Shown here piece after piece: positions 25,422 to 33,159 of a stretch of 41,245 nucleotides of DNA. The DNA comes from Acidimicrobiaceae bacterium (GTDB taxonomy: Bacteria; Actinomycetota; Acidimicrobiia; Acidimicrobiales; JACDCH01): contig JBEEFX010000315.1 in NCBI GenBank assembly GCA_041166365.1, positions 1 through 41,245 on the forward strand, given 5' to 3'. The first letter of the stretch is position 1. Each line of letters opens with the position of its first letter. Below the pieces are notes generated by a model. It worked only from the letters and a program-made list of their open reading frames with translations. It made no database searches and was not told the origin of the DNA. Made by a program: the position numbers and the translations under genes.

Positions 25422-26876
25422 CTAGCAGCTGACGCCGACCGGGGCTTCACCCGGGACGACACCGACGACGGTGGTCGACGTCGTGGTGCTCGGCGGCACG
25501 CTGTCCGCCGGTGTCGTCTCGTCCACCGCCGGCACCGTGGTCGTCGTGACCGACGGCGCACGTGGCGTCTGCATCACCGTGGTGAAGTCCTTGCCGGTGA
25601 CGAGCGCGAGCTCGTTGGCCGCGAGCGTCGGATCCTCGACGAGCGTCGAGGGACCGGTCAGGTGGCGGGCCAGCAGATCTGCGGCCGCTTCCGACCCGGG
25701 CGCGTACTGGATCACCGTCTGATCGCTGCCCGGGGCGTTGCCCGCCGAGCCGACCGCGAAGCCCACGGCCTGCAGCGCCATTCCCACGTCGCGTGCCTGC
25801 CCTGCCGTTCCGCTGCCGTTGAAGACCTGCACGGACACCTGGCCCTCGGTGAGCACTCCGGGGTCGCGACCGCGGAACACGTCGAGCGCCGGCTGTGCCG
25901 CCGCCTGATCGAGCAACAACACGGACGCGCCGGCGTTCGTGGTGTGATTCTTCACCGGCAGCGAGTACGACTCGATGTCCGTCGGCTGGAGCTCCTTGAA
26001 CCGCTGCACCAAGGCGAACAGGTCACCACGATCGATCGTCTGGTCGATCGTGACGCTGTCCTTCGCGACGTTGAGCAGACGCGTGAAGGTACCGAGGTCG
26101 GTGATGCCGATCGCGAAGGCCTTCGACAGGGCCTTGCGCACGAAGAACTGCTGCCGCGTGATGCGACCGAGGTCCGACGTGCCGTCCTCCTCCCAGCGGC
26201 CCCGACTGTTCTGGAACTCGAGGTAACGGGATCGGGCGAACGCCAACGCCTGATCGGGATCGAGGGTCACGCACCCGGCCGTCGGGACGTCCAGGCCGGA
26301 CTTCGTGTCGCGCATGGGCGTGTCGAAGTACATCGGCACGCCGCCGATCGCGTCGACGAGACCCTTGAAACCGGCGAAGTCGACCTCGATGTAGTTGTTG
26401 ACCTCGACCCCGAAGTCGTTGCGGATGGTGTCGACGAGCACTTGCCGGCCGCGTCCGTAGGCGGAGTTGATGCGATCGTTCTGGCCGGTGTCCGCCATCG
26501 GGATCCAGAGGTCGCGAGGGAACGACAGCATCTTGACGGTGCCCGCGAGGGGATCGATGCGAACGAGCAGGATCGTGTCGGAACGCTTGCCAGACGGCGC
26601 GTCCGGCCCGAGGAATGCTCCCGCGTTCGGGTCGTTCGGGTCGACGTTGTCGCGGCTGTCCGAACCGATGACGAGATAGTTGCGCGGCTCCTTGCTGCTC
26701 GCGCTGTCGAGCGCGAGGTCAGCCCGGAGGAATTGGCCCGTGACCCAGTACAGGTAGCCCACTCCCGTGGCCGCCGCGATACAGCTGAAGGTGAGGAGCA
26801 CTCCGGCCGCGATCGCGAGGCGTTGTAGCCAGGTGCGGGAGGAGCGCGACGCCAAGTGTCGCGGGACGGTTGCCAC
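25422..26876 (-). CDS. LytR-CpsA-Psr (LCP) family glycopolymer-peptidoglycan ligase with C-terminal LytR_C domain
   Basis: N-terminal TM helix (LAIAAGVLLTFSCIAAATGVGYLYW). LCP core: NYLVIGSDSR, RSDTILLVRIDPLAGTVKMLSFPRDLW, INSAYGRG, NNYIEVDFAGFKGLVDAIGGV. C-terminal VSVQVFNGSGTAGQARDVGMALQAVGF is LytR_C-like. GTG start at 26876. Confidence 0.9.
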   Translation of the reverse strand: MATVPRHLASRSSRTWLQRLAIAAGVLLTFSCIAAATGVGYLYWVTGQFLRADLALDSASSKEPRNYLVIGSDSRDNVDPNDPNAGAFLGPDAPSGKRSDTILLVRIDPLAGTVKMLSFPRDLWIPMADTGQNDRINSAYGRGRQVLVDTIRNDFGVEVNNYIEVDFAGFKGLVDAIGGVPMYFDTPMRDTKSGLDVPTAGCVTLDPDQALAFARSRYLEFQNSRGRWEEDGTSDLGRITRQQFFVRKALSKAFAIGITDLGTFTRLLNVAKDSVTIDQTIDRGDLFALVQRFKELQPTDIESYSLPVKNHTTNAGASVLLLDQAAAQPALDVFRGRDPGVLTEGQVSVQVFNGSGTAGQARDVGMALQAVGFAVGSAGNAPGSDQTVIQYAPGSEAAADLLARHLTGPSTLVEDPTLAANELALVTGKDFTTVMQTPRAPSVTTTTVPAVDETTPADSVPPSTTTSTTVVGVVPGEAPVGVSC

Positions 26877-26909
26877 GGGAATCTGACGGTAGCGCGGGGC
26901 TTGTTTCCG

Positions 26910-27278
26910 TCAGTAGTCGCCCGACCAGCCGGTGAGCTCGGTCATCCGGATGACGATGGCGGGCCCCGCCGGAGGGTGGTCGGCGTACTGCTCGTACTTC
27001 GCGACGAGCAGCTCGAGGAGCGATGGCTCCGGAACGTCGACCACGTGAGCATCGCCGCGCGCCCGCACCCACCACAGCGTCGACCAATCGTCGTCGTAGT
27101 GATCGACGAGCACGGTCACGGATGGGTTCATCCGCACGTTCTCCAGTCGTTGCAGCCGCGTGGTCGTCTTCGGCTTGTGATCGACGGCCGTGACGATCGT
27201 GTCGTCGTCGACGAGCGCGAACGTGCACGGCACGAGGTCGATGCCACCGCGCTGGTTGTGCGTCGCCAAACGCGCCAC
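26910..27278 (-). CDS. Pyridoxamine-5'-phosphate-oxidase-fold protein, probable F420-dependent enzyme class; start uncertain
   Basis: ARLATHNQRGGIDLVPCTFAL...TAVDHKPK...RLQRLENVRMNPSVTVLVDHYDDDWSTLWWVRARG is the split-barrel PPOX pattern of the Rv0121-like putative F420 class. The only canonical in-frame start is GTG 27278, although family-like sequence (LSLLRSARV) continues upstream. Confidence 0.68.
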   Translation of the reverse strand: MARLATHNQRGGIDLVPCTFALVDDDTIVTAVDHKPKTTTRLQRLENVRMNPSVTVLVDHYDDDWSTLWWVRARGDAHVVDVPEPSLLELLVAKYEQYADHPPAGPAIVIRMTELTGWSGDY

Positions 27279-27313
27279 GCGGGCCGAGCGAAGGAGGCTC
27301 AGGTAGTGCGCCT

Positions 27314-28552
27314 CTACGGCTTCGGCTCCTTCGGCAATCCGAGCACCCGCTCGCCCACGATGTTGCGTTGGATCTCGGCGGTGCCGCCCCAGATGGTCTC
27401 GGATCTCGAGAAGAAGAACGAGGCCTGGAGGATCGACACGGGGTAGTCGGCCCGACCGTGGCGGCGACCGTAGCCCGGCACGAATTCCTCCTCGTCGGTC
27501 ACGTGGCCGGTGAGGATCTGTGCGTACGGGCCGAGGATGTCCATCGCCAGGTTCAGCGTGTCGCGATGCGTCTCGCTCCAGAACATCTTGTTGGTCGCGC
27601 CCAGCGCGGCGACACCGAGGTCCTTCTTGTTCTGCACGGTCGCGCTCAGCGTGCGGTAGCCGTTGATCCGCATGATCTGGATCTTCGACCACTGCCTGGC
27701 GAGGTCCTGGCGCACGGTGGGATCGTCGATCTTCCCGTTCTCCCTGGCCTTGTCGATGATGACCTCGAGCTCCTTCTCGAAGCGCCGATGACTCGTCGTC
27801 GCCGACGAGCCCCGCTCGAAGCCGAGCGTGGTCATCGCCACCTTCCAACCGTTGTTCAGGCCGCCGACGACGTTCTCCTTCGGCGCTCGCACGTTGGTGA
27901 AGAACACCTCGTTGAACTCTGCCGAGCCGTCGGGCTGCACGATGGGCCGGACCTCGATGCCCTCCTGCTTCATCGGGACGAGCAGGTAGCTGATACCCGC
28001 GTGCTTCGAAGCCGTCGGGTCGGTGCGGGCGAGCAGGAAGATGTAGTCCGCGTACTGCGCCTGCGTCGTCCAGATCTTCTGCCCGTTGATGACCCACTCG
28101 TCACCGTCGAGCTCGGCCTTCGTCTTCAGCCCCGCGAGGTCGGAACCGGCGTCCGGCTCGCTGAAGCCCTGACACCACGAGATCTGTCCCGAGAGGATCT
28201 TCGGCAGGAACTCCTGCTTCTGCTCCTCGCTCCCCCATTGCAGGATGGTCGGGCCGACGAGCGTGTCGCCGAAGAAGTCGGCCCGGAGCGGCGCACCGGC
28301 GCGGGCGAACTCTTCGTTGAGCACGACGCTCTGCATCGTCGTGAGTCCCTTGCCGCCGTACTCCTTCGGCCACGACGCGCAGATCCATCCGCCGTCGAAG
28401 AGCTTCTGCGTCCACTCCTCGTGGAACTTGCGCCGCTCCTCCGACGTCATCTCGAAGCCGTCCTCGAACCAGCCCTCCGGCAGGTTCTCCTCGAGCCAGG
28501 CTCGGATCTCGCCTCGGAACTCCTCGGCGTCGGGCGGATAGGTCAGGTCCAT
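27314..28552 (-). CDS. Acyl-CoA dehydrogenase
   Basis: MDLTYPPDAEEFRGEIRAWLEENLP N-terminus, then GWICASWPKEYGG, WCQGFSEPDAGSDLAGLKT, WTTQAQYADY and the C-terminal IWGGTAEIQRNIVGERVLGLPKEP. These are typical ACAD blocks. ATG 28552 is preferred over the upstream GTG 28570. Confidence 0.9.
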   Translation of the reverse strand: MDLTYPPDAEEFRGEIRAWLEENLPEGWFEDGFEMTSEERRKFHEEWTQKLFDGGWICASWPKEYGGKGLTTMQSVVLNEEFARAGAPLRADFFGDTLVGPTILQWGSEEQKQEFLPKILSGQISWCQGFSEPDAGSDLAGLKTKAELDGDEWVINGQKIWTTQAQYADYIFLLARTDPTASKHAGISYLLVPMKQEGIEVRPIVQPDGSAEFNEVFFTNVRAPKENVVGGLNNGWKVAMTTLGFERGSSATTSHRRFEKELEVIIDKARENGKIDDPTVRQDLARQWSKIQIMRINGYRTLSATVQNKKDLGVAALGATNKMFWSETHRDTLNLAMDILGPYAQILTGHVTDEEEFVPGYGRRHGRADYPVSILQASFFFSRSETIWGGTAEIQRNIVGERVLGLPKEPKP

Positions 28553-28562
28553 GACGGAATCT

Positions 28563-28576
28563 TGACCCACGGGTCA
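28563..28576. promoter_or_regulatory. Inverted repeat TGACCC-AC-GGGTCA in the 44-bp divergent ACAD/SnoaL-like intergenic region (candidate operator)
   Basis: Read directly: tgaccc (28563-28568), ac, gggtca (28571-28576). The 9-mer ggtcaggtc also occurs twice (28541-28549 and 28572-28580). Confidence 0.3.
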
Positions 28577-28596
28577 GGTCGCGTTCTAGTTGAGGC

Positions 28597-29022
28597 GTGC
28601 GCGAGCTCGAAGCCCTCGTCTACCGCTATGCCGAACTGATCGACCAAGGCGACCTCGACGGGGTCGCGGCCCTGTTCGAGCACGCCACCTGGGGATCCGG
28701 CACACGCCGCGAGCGCATGCGGGGCCGCGAGCAGGTGCGGCGCATGTACGACGGCGTGATCCTCTACGAAGACGGGACGCCGCACACCAAGCACGTCATC
28801 ACGAACCTGGTGATCGAGCACGAGGAAGGCGCTACTCACGCCGCCGCTCGCTCGTACTTCACGGTGCTCCAGGCCCACGACGGCGTACTCCAGCCGGTCA
28901 TCGCCGGCCGCTACCACGATCGGTTCGAATGCGTCGACGGCACATGGCGCTTCGCCGAGCGCATCATCCATCCCGACCTCCAAGGCGACCTCTCGCACCA
29001 CATGCAGGGCCCGACGCGGTAG
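28597..29022 (+). CDS. SnoaL-like / NTF2-fold protein
   Basis: The N-terminal ELEALVYRYAELIDQGDLDGVAALF motif and the C-terminal RYHDRFECVDGTWRFAERI pattern are typical of the SnoaL_4/NTF2-like family. GTG start. Confidence 0.68.
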   Translation: MRELEALVYRYAELIDQGDLDGVAALFEHATWGSGTRRERMRGREQVRRMYDGVILYEDGTPHTKHVITNLVIEHEEGATHAAARSYFTVLQAHDGVLQPVIAGRYHDRFECVDGTWRFAERIIHPDLQGDLSHHMQGPTR

Positions 29023-29098
29023 CGGCGGGCCGCCGACCGCGAGGGGGGCGCCGCCACCAGAATCGAGGCCTGGCTCGGTGACTGGTTAGTTTTCGCCG

Positions 29099-30247
29099 AT
29101 GACGATCGTCGAGGACGCACCGGCACCGAAGGCCGAGCGATGGACGGCGCAGTGGAAAGAGCTGTTCGAGGAAGTCATCGACAGCGGACTGTGCACCGGC
29201 TGTTCCGGCTGCGTGATCGCCTGCCCGCACGACGTGATCGGCTACGACGACAAGAACGGTGTCTACAAGCCGTTCCATCTCGAAGACGAGCTCGGTCCCA
29301 CGGACTGCGGCCACGGGGTCAAGGGCTGCACGAGCTGCACGCGGGCCTGCCCTCGCTTCCGCAGCTGGGAGCCCGAAGCCGACGAGCACCTGTTCGGCCG
29401 GGTTCGCCGCGAGGACGAGCCGTCGGGCATCTACCAGGACATCCTCCTGACGCGCGCGGGCGACGACCACATCCACGAGACGGGTCAGGACGGCGGCTTC
29501 GTGTCGGCGATGCTCGTCTGGCTGCTCGAACACGACTACATCGACGGCGCGCTCACGTCGTACCTCGAGGGTGACAAGGGCGATTGGAAGGCGATTCCGG
29601 CCGTCGCCACCAACAAGGAAGAGGTGCTCAAGGGCGCCGGTAGTCGTTACACCTACTCGGCGAACCCGATGGCGGTGTTCGAGGCGCGCGAGCGCGGGCT
29701 GTCACGCCTCGCGCTGGTCGGCATGGGCTGCCAGACGTCGAGCCCCCCAGTGATGTGGCACCGAAGGGTGGGCAAGGCCGGCAAGCCGTTCGTGTTCACT
29801 ATCGGGTTGCTGTGCTCGAAGAGCTTCGACGATGCGATCTTCGAGGAGCTGTTCGAGACGAAGTACGGCCTGCGCAAGCAGGACATGGTGAAGATGAACA
29901 TCAAGGGCGTGTTCCAGATCTGGATGCGCGACGGCAGCTACCACGAGATCAATCTCAAGGAGTGCCACGCGTGGACGCGAGAGGGCTGCAACACGTGCCC
30001 GGACTTCGCCGCGGAGCATGCCGACATCTCCACCGGCGGTATCGGCAAGTACGCCGACTGGACGCTCACGGTCGTGCGCACCGATCTCGGCCGGGAGGTC
30101 ATGAGTCGCATGATCGAGGACGGCACGGTCGTCGCCCGCCCCGGTGACGACGACCCCGATGCCATCGCGTTGATGCACAAGCTGTCGAAGAAGAGCCGCG
30201 AGCGCTGGCCCGGTTTCGCCGTCGACTTCCCCCGCAACCCCAGCTAG
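29099..30247 (+). CDS. Coenzyme F420 hydrogenase/dehydrogenase beta-subunit (FrhB/FdhB/FpoF) family protein with N-terminal Fe-S motif
   Basis: CTGCSGCVIACPHDVI and CTSCTRACP cysteine clusters. Then GQDGGFVSAMLVWLLEHDYIDGAL, GSRYTYSAN, LALVGMGCQ, and C-terminal GCNTCPDFAAEHADISTGGIG, the pattern of the FrhB N- and C-terminal domains. Confidence 0.8.
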   Translation: MTIVEDAPAPKAERWTAQWKELFEEVIDSGLCTGCSGCVIACPHDVIGYDDKNGVYKPFHLEDELGPTDCGHGVKGCTSCTRACPRFRSWEPEADEHLFGRVRREDEPSGIYQDILLTRAGDDHIHETGQDGGFVSAMLVWLLEHDYIDGALTSYLEGDKGDWKAIPAVATNKEEVLKGAGSRYTYSANPMAVFEARERGLSRLALVGMGCQTSSPPVMWHRRVGKAGKPFVFTIGLLCSKSFDDAIFEELFETKYGLRKQDMVKMNIKGVFQIWMRDGSYHEINLKECHAWTREGCNTCPDFAAEHADISTGGIGKYADWTLTVVRTDLGREVMSRMIEDGTVVARPGDDDPDAIALMHKLSKKSRERWPGFAVDFPRNPS

Positions 30248-30624
30248 TTCGGGCTACTCGAGCTGGTGCTCGAGCTCGAACTCGAGCTGCTGGTGCTCGA
30301 ACCGGAGCTGCTGCTCGAGCTCGAACTGGAGCTGCTCGAGCTGCTGTTCACCCGCGAGGCGCAGTCGGAGACGATGCGAAGCAGCTCGTCCGGCACCGCG
30401 TCCGGTTCCTTCTGCAACTGCTTGTCGATCTCGACGTAACGATCGAAGGACATCTGGCGGGTGATCTCGTCGTAGGTGCACTTGCACACCCGCGCGGGCT
30501 GGCCCTGCGTGACCGTGCACGACTCCATGAACGCGCCCTCCGTGTCGCCGGAGTACCCGCGGCTCGGCTTTGTGCACGCCGCGGCGAGCAGCAGGATGAA
30601 TACCACGCTGGCGAAACGGCGCAC
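30244..30624 (-). CDS. Lipoprotein with poly-serine C-terminal tail
   Basis: Signal peptide plus lipobox MRRFASVVFILLLAAAC. Small Cys-containing globular part. The last 33 residues contain 28 Ser. The stop overlaps the convergent FrhB-family stop (CTAG 30244-30247). Confidence 0.65.
   Translation of the reverse strand: MRRFASVVFILLLAAACTKPSRGYSGDTEGAFMESCTVTQGQPARVCKCTYDEITRQMSFDRYVEIDKQLQKEPDAVPDELLRIVSDCASRVNSSSSSSSSSSSSSSGSSTSSSSSSSSTSSSSPN
30253..30345 (-). repeat. Self-complementary AGC/TCG-rich microsatellite-like tract encoding the 31-residue Ser-rich tail (28 Ser, 2 Thr, 1 Gly)
   Basis: The plus strand reads gct act cga gct ggt gct cga gct cga act cga gct gct ggt..., with repeated GAGCTC/CTCGAG units. 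Codon-by-codon translation of the minus strand gives SSSSTSSSSSSSSTSSGSSSSSSSSSSSSSS read from the C-terminal side. Confidence 0.85.
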
Positions 30625-30633
30625 GGCTGGACC

Positions 30634-31293
30634 TTACGCAAGCTCTCGGGCTCGGTTGAACACCGCGTCGAGCATCTCGGGCGTGAGCACGCCGGTGAAG
30701 GTGTTCTGCTGACTCACGTGGTACGAACCGAGCAGCGTCCGCCCGTCCGGCAGGGCGACCTCGACACCGTGACCGAACCGCGGTTTCGGTCGCAGCCCGT
30801 AGTGCGACGTGATCGCATCCCATCCGAACTGTCCCAGCGCGACGATCACACGGGCATCGACGAGCGCGGCCAACTCGCGCTCGAGATAAGGACGGCAGGT
30901 GTCGCGCTCGGACGGTGTTGGCTTGTTCTGCGGCGGAGCGCACTTGACTGCGGCCGTGATGAAACCGTCGATCAGCTCGAGGCCGTCGCCGCGATGCGTG
31001 CTGGTCGGTTGATTCGCGTAGCCGGTACGAAACAGCGACGCGAACAGAAAGTCGCCGGACCGGTCACCTGTGAAGACGCGGCCGGTGCGATTGCCGCCGT
31101 GGGCGGCGGGCGCGAGCCCGACGATCAACAGACGGGCGTGCGGATCGCCGAAGCCGGGCACCGGCCGAGCCCAGTAGTCCCAGTCACGAAAGCGCGCCAC
31201 CTTCTCGATGGCGACTCGTTCGCGCCACTCGACGAGACGCGGGCACAAACGGCATTCGACCACTTCGCGCTCGATCTGCCGTAGGGAGTCCAC
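30634..31293 (-). CDS. udgB: Uracil-DNA glycosylase, family 5 (UdgB-type, Fe-S)
   Basis: ECRLCPRLVEWRE (Fe-S Cys), LLIVGLAPAAHGGNRTGRVFTGDRSGDFLF (the GLAPA motif distinguishes family 5 from the GEAPG of family 4) and GSYHVSQQN. GTG start at 31293. Confidence 0.85.
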   Translation of the reverse strand: MDSLRQIEREVVECRLCPRLVEWRERVAIEKVARFRDWDYWARPVPGFGDPHARLLIVGLAPAAHGGNRTGRVFTGDRSGDFLFASLFRTGYANQPTSTHRGDGLELIDGFITAAVKCAPPQNKPTPSERDTCRPYLERELAALVDARVIVALGQFGWDAITSHYGLRPKPRFGHGVEVALPDGRTLLGSYHVSQQNTFTGVLTPEMLDAVFNRARELA

Positions 31294-31319
31294 TGAGGTC
31301 CACGGTAGGTTGCAGCGCT

Positions 31320-31961
31320 GTGTCCAAAGCTCCGGCGCCCACGCTCATCCTGTTGGTGCGCCACGGACAGACGCCGACGACGGGCACGACGCTGCCCGGG
31401 CGCGCCAAGGGCCTGCACCTCGCCGAGAAGGGTCAGCAACAGGCCACCGCGGTCGCGGAGCGCATCGCGCCCTTCGGAACCAAGGTTGCCGCGGTGTACG
31501 CGTCGCCCCTCGAGCGCACGCAGGAAACGGCTGCACCCATCGCCAAGGCACTACGCAAGCGCGTGCGCTCATCCCGCGGCTTGCTCGAATGTGACTTCGG
31601 CGAGTGGACGGGTGGCGCGCTCAAGGCGCTCGCAAAGTTGCCGGAGTGGAAGCAGGTGCAGCGGTATCCGAGCGGCTTCCGGTTCCCGGGGGGCGAATCG
31701 TTCACCGAGATGCAGATGCGCATCACCGACACCGTCGCCAAGCTGGTAGCCGCACACCCCGGCAAGACCGTCGTCGCCGTCTCGCACGCCGATCCGATAA
31801 AGGCGGTCATCGCACACGCGATGGGCACGCACCTCGACTTGTTCCAGCGGATCGTCGTGTCGCCGTGCTCGGTCACGGCCATCCTCTACACCGCGGACGG
31901 CCCCGTCGTGCTGTGCGTGAACTCGACGGGCCGCGACCTCACGACGTTGGCGCCCTCGTGA
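31320..31961 (+). CDS. Histidine phosphatase (phosphoglycerate-mutase-like) family protein, MSMEG_4193-type putative phosphomutase
   Basis: LILLVRHGQTPTTG (RHG catalytic motif), YASPLERTQETA and AVSHADPIKA. GTG start. The stop overlaps the next start (GTGA at 31958-31961). Confidence 0.85.
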   Translation: MSKAPAPTLILLVRHGQTPTTGTTLPGRAKGLHLAEKGQQQATAVAERIAPFGTKVAAVYASPLERTQETAAPIAKALRKRVRSSRGLLECDFGEWTGGALKALAKLPEWKQVQRYPSGFRFPGGESFTEMQMRITDTVAKLVAAHPGKTVVAVSHADPIKAVIAHAMGTHLDLFQRIVVSPCSVTAILYTADGPVVLCVNSTGRDLTTLAPS

Positions 31962-32467
31962 GTGCCGACTCGAACGCCAGCTTCGAGATCGACACGCCGC
32001 TGGTGTTCACGACAGGTACCGTCGGCGAGCCCGGCCACCGCGTCTTCTACATGCAGGCGCAGGGCGACGGTCAGGTGGTGACGCTCAAACTCGAGAAGCA
32101 ACAGATCGGTGCACTCGCCGAATATCTGAGCGGACTACTGGCCGACTTGCCGACCGTCGACGACAAGAGCATCCCGACGCTGCTCGACCTGGTCGGTCCC
32201 GTCGTCCCCGAATGGACTGTCGGCACGCTCGCAGTCGCGTGGGACGAGTTGAACGACCGCATGGTGCTCGTCGCGGAAGAACTGATGACCGAGGAGGAAG
32301 TCGAGTCCGCAGCGGAGCCGGCTACGGCGCGATTCCGCGTCACGCGTGAGCAAGTAGCGGGGTTCGTGGAGCGAGCTCGCATCCTGGTCGCCGGGGGGCG
32401 ACCACCGTGCCCGTTGTGCGGTGGCCCTCTCGACCCTGAAGGTCATGCGTGCCCTCGGCTGAACTGA
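31958..32467 (+). CDS. DUF3090-family protein with C-terminal zinc-ribbon-like CxxC...HxC
   Basis: FEIDTPLVFTTGTVGEPGHRVFYMQA...VVTLKLEKQQIGALAEYL and the C-terminal GGRPPCPLCGGPLDPEGHACPRLN match my memory of this actinobacterial family. GTG start in-frame at 31958; the upstream part of the 287-aa ORF is Arg-rich shadow. Confidence 0.78.
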   Translation: MSADSNASFEIDTPLVFTTGTVGEPGHRVFYMQAQGDGQVVTLKLEKQQIGALAEYLSGLLADLPTVDDKSIPTLLDLVGPVVPEWTVGTLAVAWDELNDRMVLVAEELMTEEEVESAAEPATARFRVTREQVAGFVERARILVAGGRPPCPLCGGPLDPEGHACPRLN

Positions 32468-33159
32468 TCGAACTCCTCGAACACGGCGACGTGACCGTCA
32501 AAGGACGGATGCCGTGGAGCTCGAACGCCACCTACCTCACCGAGGTCTGCTCCAACGACGAGCTCACGCTGGCCGTGTACAAGCCACTGCGCGGCGAGCG
32601 CGAGCTGTGGGACTTCCCGCGCGGGCTGGGCAAGCGCGAGTACGCCGCATATCAGCTCTCCGAGACGCTCGGATGGGGTGTCGTCCCTGACACGGTGTTC
32701 CGGAAGGAAGCGCCTCTCGGAGAGGGCTCGCTGCAACGGTTCGTGTCCGCTGACTTCGAGCAGCACTACTTCACGATGTACGAAGACGAAGAGGAGCGCT
32801 GGCACGACGACCTGCGCCGCATCTGTGTCTTCGACCTACTGGCCAACAACACGGACCGAAAGAGTGGTCACTGCCTGCTCGGCGAGGATGGCCGCGTCTA
32901 CGCGATCGACAACGCACTCTGCTTTCACTCCGAATTCAAGCTGCGGACCGTCATCTGGGAGTTCGGTGGCGACGACATCCCGGTTCCGTTGCTCGAGGAC
33001 GTCGACCGGTTCGTCGCCGACGGCATCCCGGACTCGCTTGCCGAGCTGCTCGATCCGTTCGAACGCGACGCGTTGCTCGCTCGCAGCCGGGCAGTGTTGA
33101 GCGAGCGGCGCTTCCCGATCGACGGCACCGGCCGTCGCTACCCGTGGCCGCTTGTCTGA
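32449..33159 (+). CDS. SCO1664-family protein (PI3/PI4-kinase-like fold, function unknown)
   Basis: AVYKPLRGERELWDFP, GSLQRFV, VFDLLANNTDRKSGHCLL and YAIDNALCFH resemble the catalytic-loop and DFG-like elements of PI3/4-kinase-like proteins. GTG start overlapping the DUF3090 3' end by 19 nt. Confidence 0.78.
   Translation: MPSAELIELLEHGDVTVKGRMPWSSNATYLTEVCSNDELTLAVYKPLRGERELWDFPRGLGKREYAAYQLSETLGWGVVPDTVFRKEAPLGEGSLQRFVSADFEQHYFTMYEDEEERWHDDLRRICVFDLLANNTDRKSGHCLLGEDGRVYAIDNALCFHSEFKLRTVIWEFGGDDIPVPLLEDVDRFVADGIPDSLAELLDPFERDALLARSRAVLSERRFPIDGTGRRYPWPLV

Noticed and set aside
29023-29035. Small hairpin CGGCG-GGC-CGCCG immediately after the SnoaL-like gene stop.
   Set aside because: A 5-bp stem with a 3-nt loop and no T-tract is too weak to annotate as a terminator in GC-rich DNA, where such stems occur by chance.
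31966-31977. 12-nt identity (cgactcgaacgc) with the T-arm region of the tRNA gene (25309-25320).
   Set aside because: It lies inside the DUF3090 coding sequence (codons for ADSNA), on the wrong side of the tRNA for an att-site duplication, and the flanking bases do not match. It is most likely chance.
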